From assembly GCA_965285935.1 (NCBI GenBank), contig OZ260663.1:93000001-93064000 (forward strand): a stretch of DNA of 64,000 nucleotides, given 5' to 3'. The notes under the pieces were generated by a model, which ran no database searches, had not been told where the DNA came from, and was given only the letters and a program-made list of their open reading frames with translations. The stretch is from Ophelia neglecta (taxonomy: Eukaryota). A program made the position numbers and the translations under genes. Positions 63,801-64,000 of the stretch are shown here, in pieces. Numbering within the stretch: the stretch's first letter is position 1; each line of letters begins with the position of its first letter.

Positions 63801-64000
63801 ATGTCCCATCTTTTTAGAGTTGCAATGTAAATGCACTGCAAAAGGCATTATGTGGATTCGGAACTTTTCATGCTGTTTCTGTTTATAATAACGCATTCGC
63901 CATCTATTCATGTTGATATATTCATCCTCTTTCGACAAGAAAGCATAGTGATCGCACTTTGCATGATTTAATTCAAACTAAAATTAATCCATGAACGAGA

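Overview
AT-rich, intron-containing animal DNA; a lophotrochozoan source is inferred from a Meta-domain-like SINE. Almost the whole window is a head-to-tail tandem array, on the + strand, of one 8-exon gene family of type I membrane receptors. The architecture is signal peptide, SUEL/rhamnose-binding-lectin-like domain, CUB domain (2 exons), sushi/CCP-like 4-Cys module, stalk, TM helix and a 160-190 aa cytoplasmic tail with Tyr and Pro-rich motifs. I resolve the 3' end of an upstream copy (G0), seven apparently intact genes (G1-G3, G5-G8; about 526-554 aa), one damaged copy (G4) and decayed relics at ~12.7-16.9 kb and ~30.9-33.4 kb. The copies form two subfamilies (A: G0-G4; B: G5-G8) with different tail motif sets. 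Every full copy is preceded by the same ~115-bp CpG-rich element, variation is concentrated in two ectodomain loops, and subfamily B genes are recombinant mosaics. Together this looks like a diversifying, birth-and-death recognition-receptor cluster; its function is inferred, not shown. Mobile elements: a TTAA-flanked Kolobok-like element, an inverted-repeat element replacing G4 exon 4, and a tRNA-derived SINE in G8.
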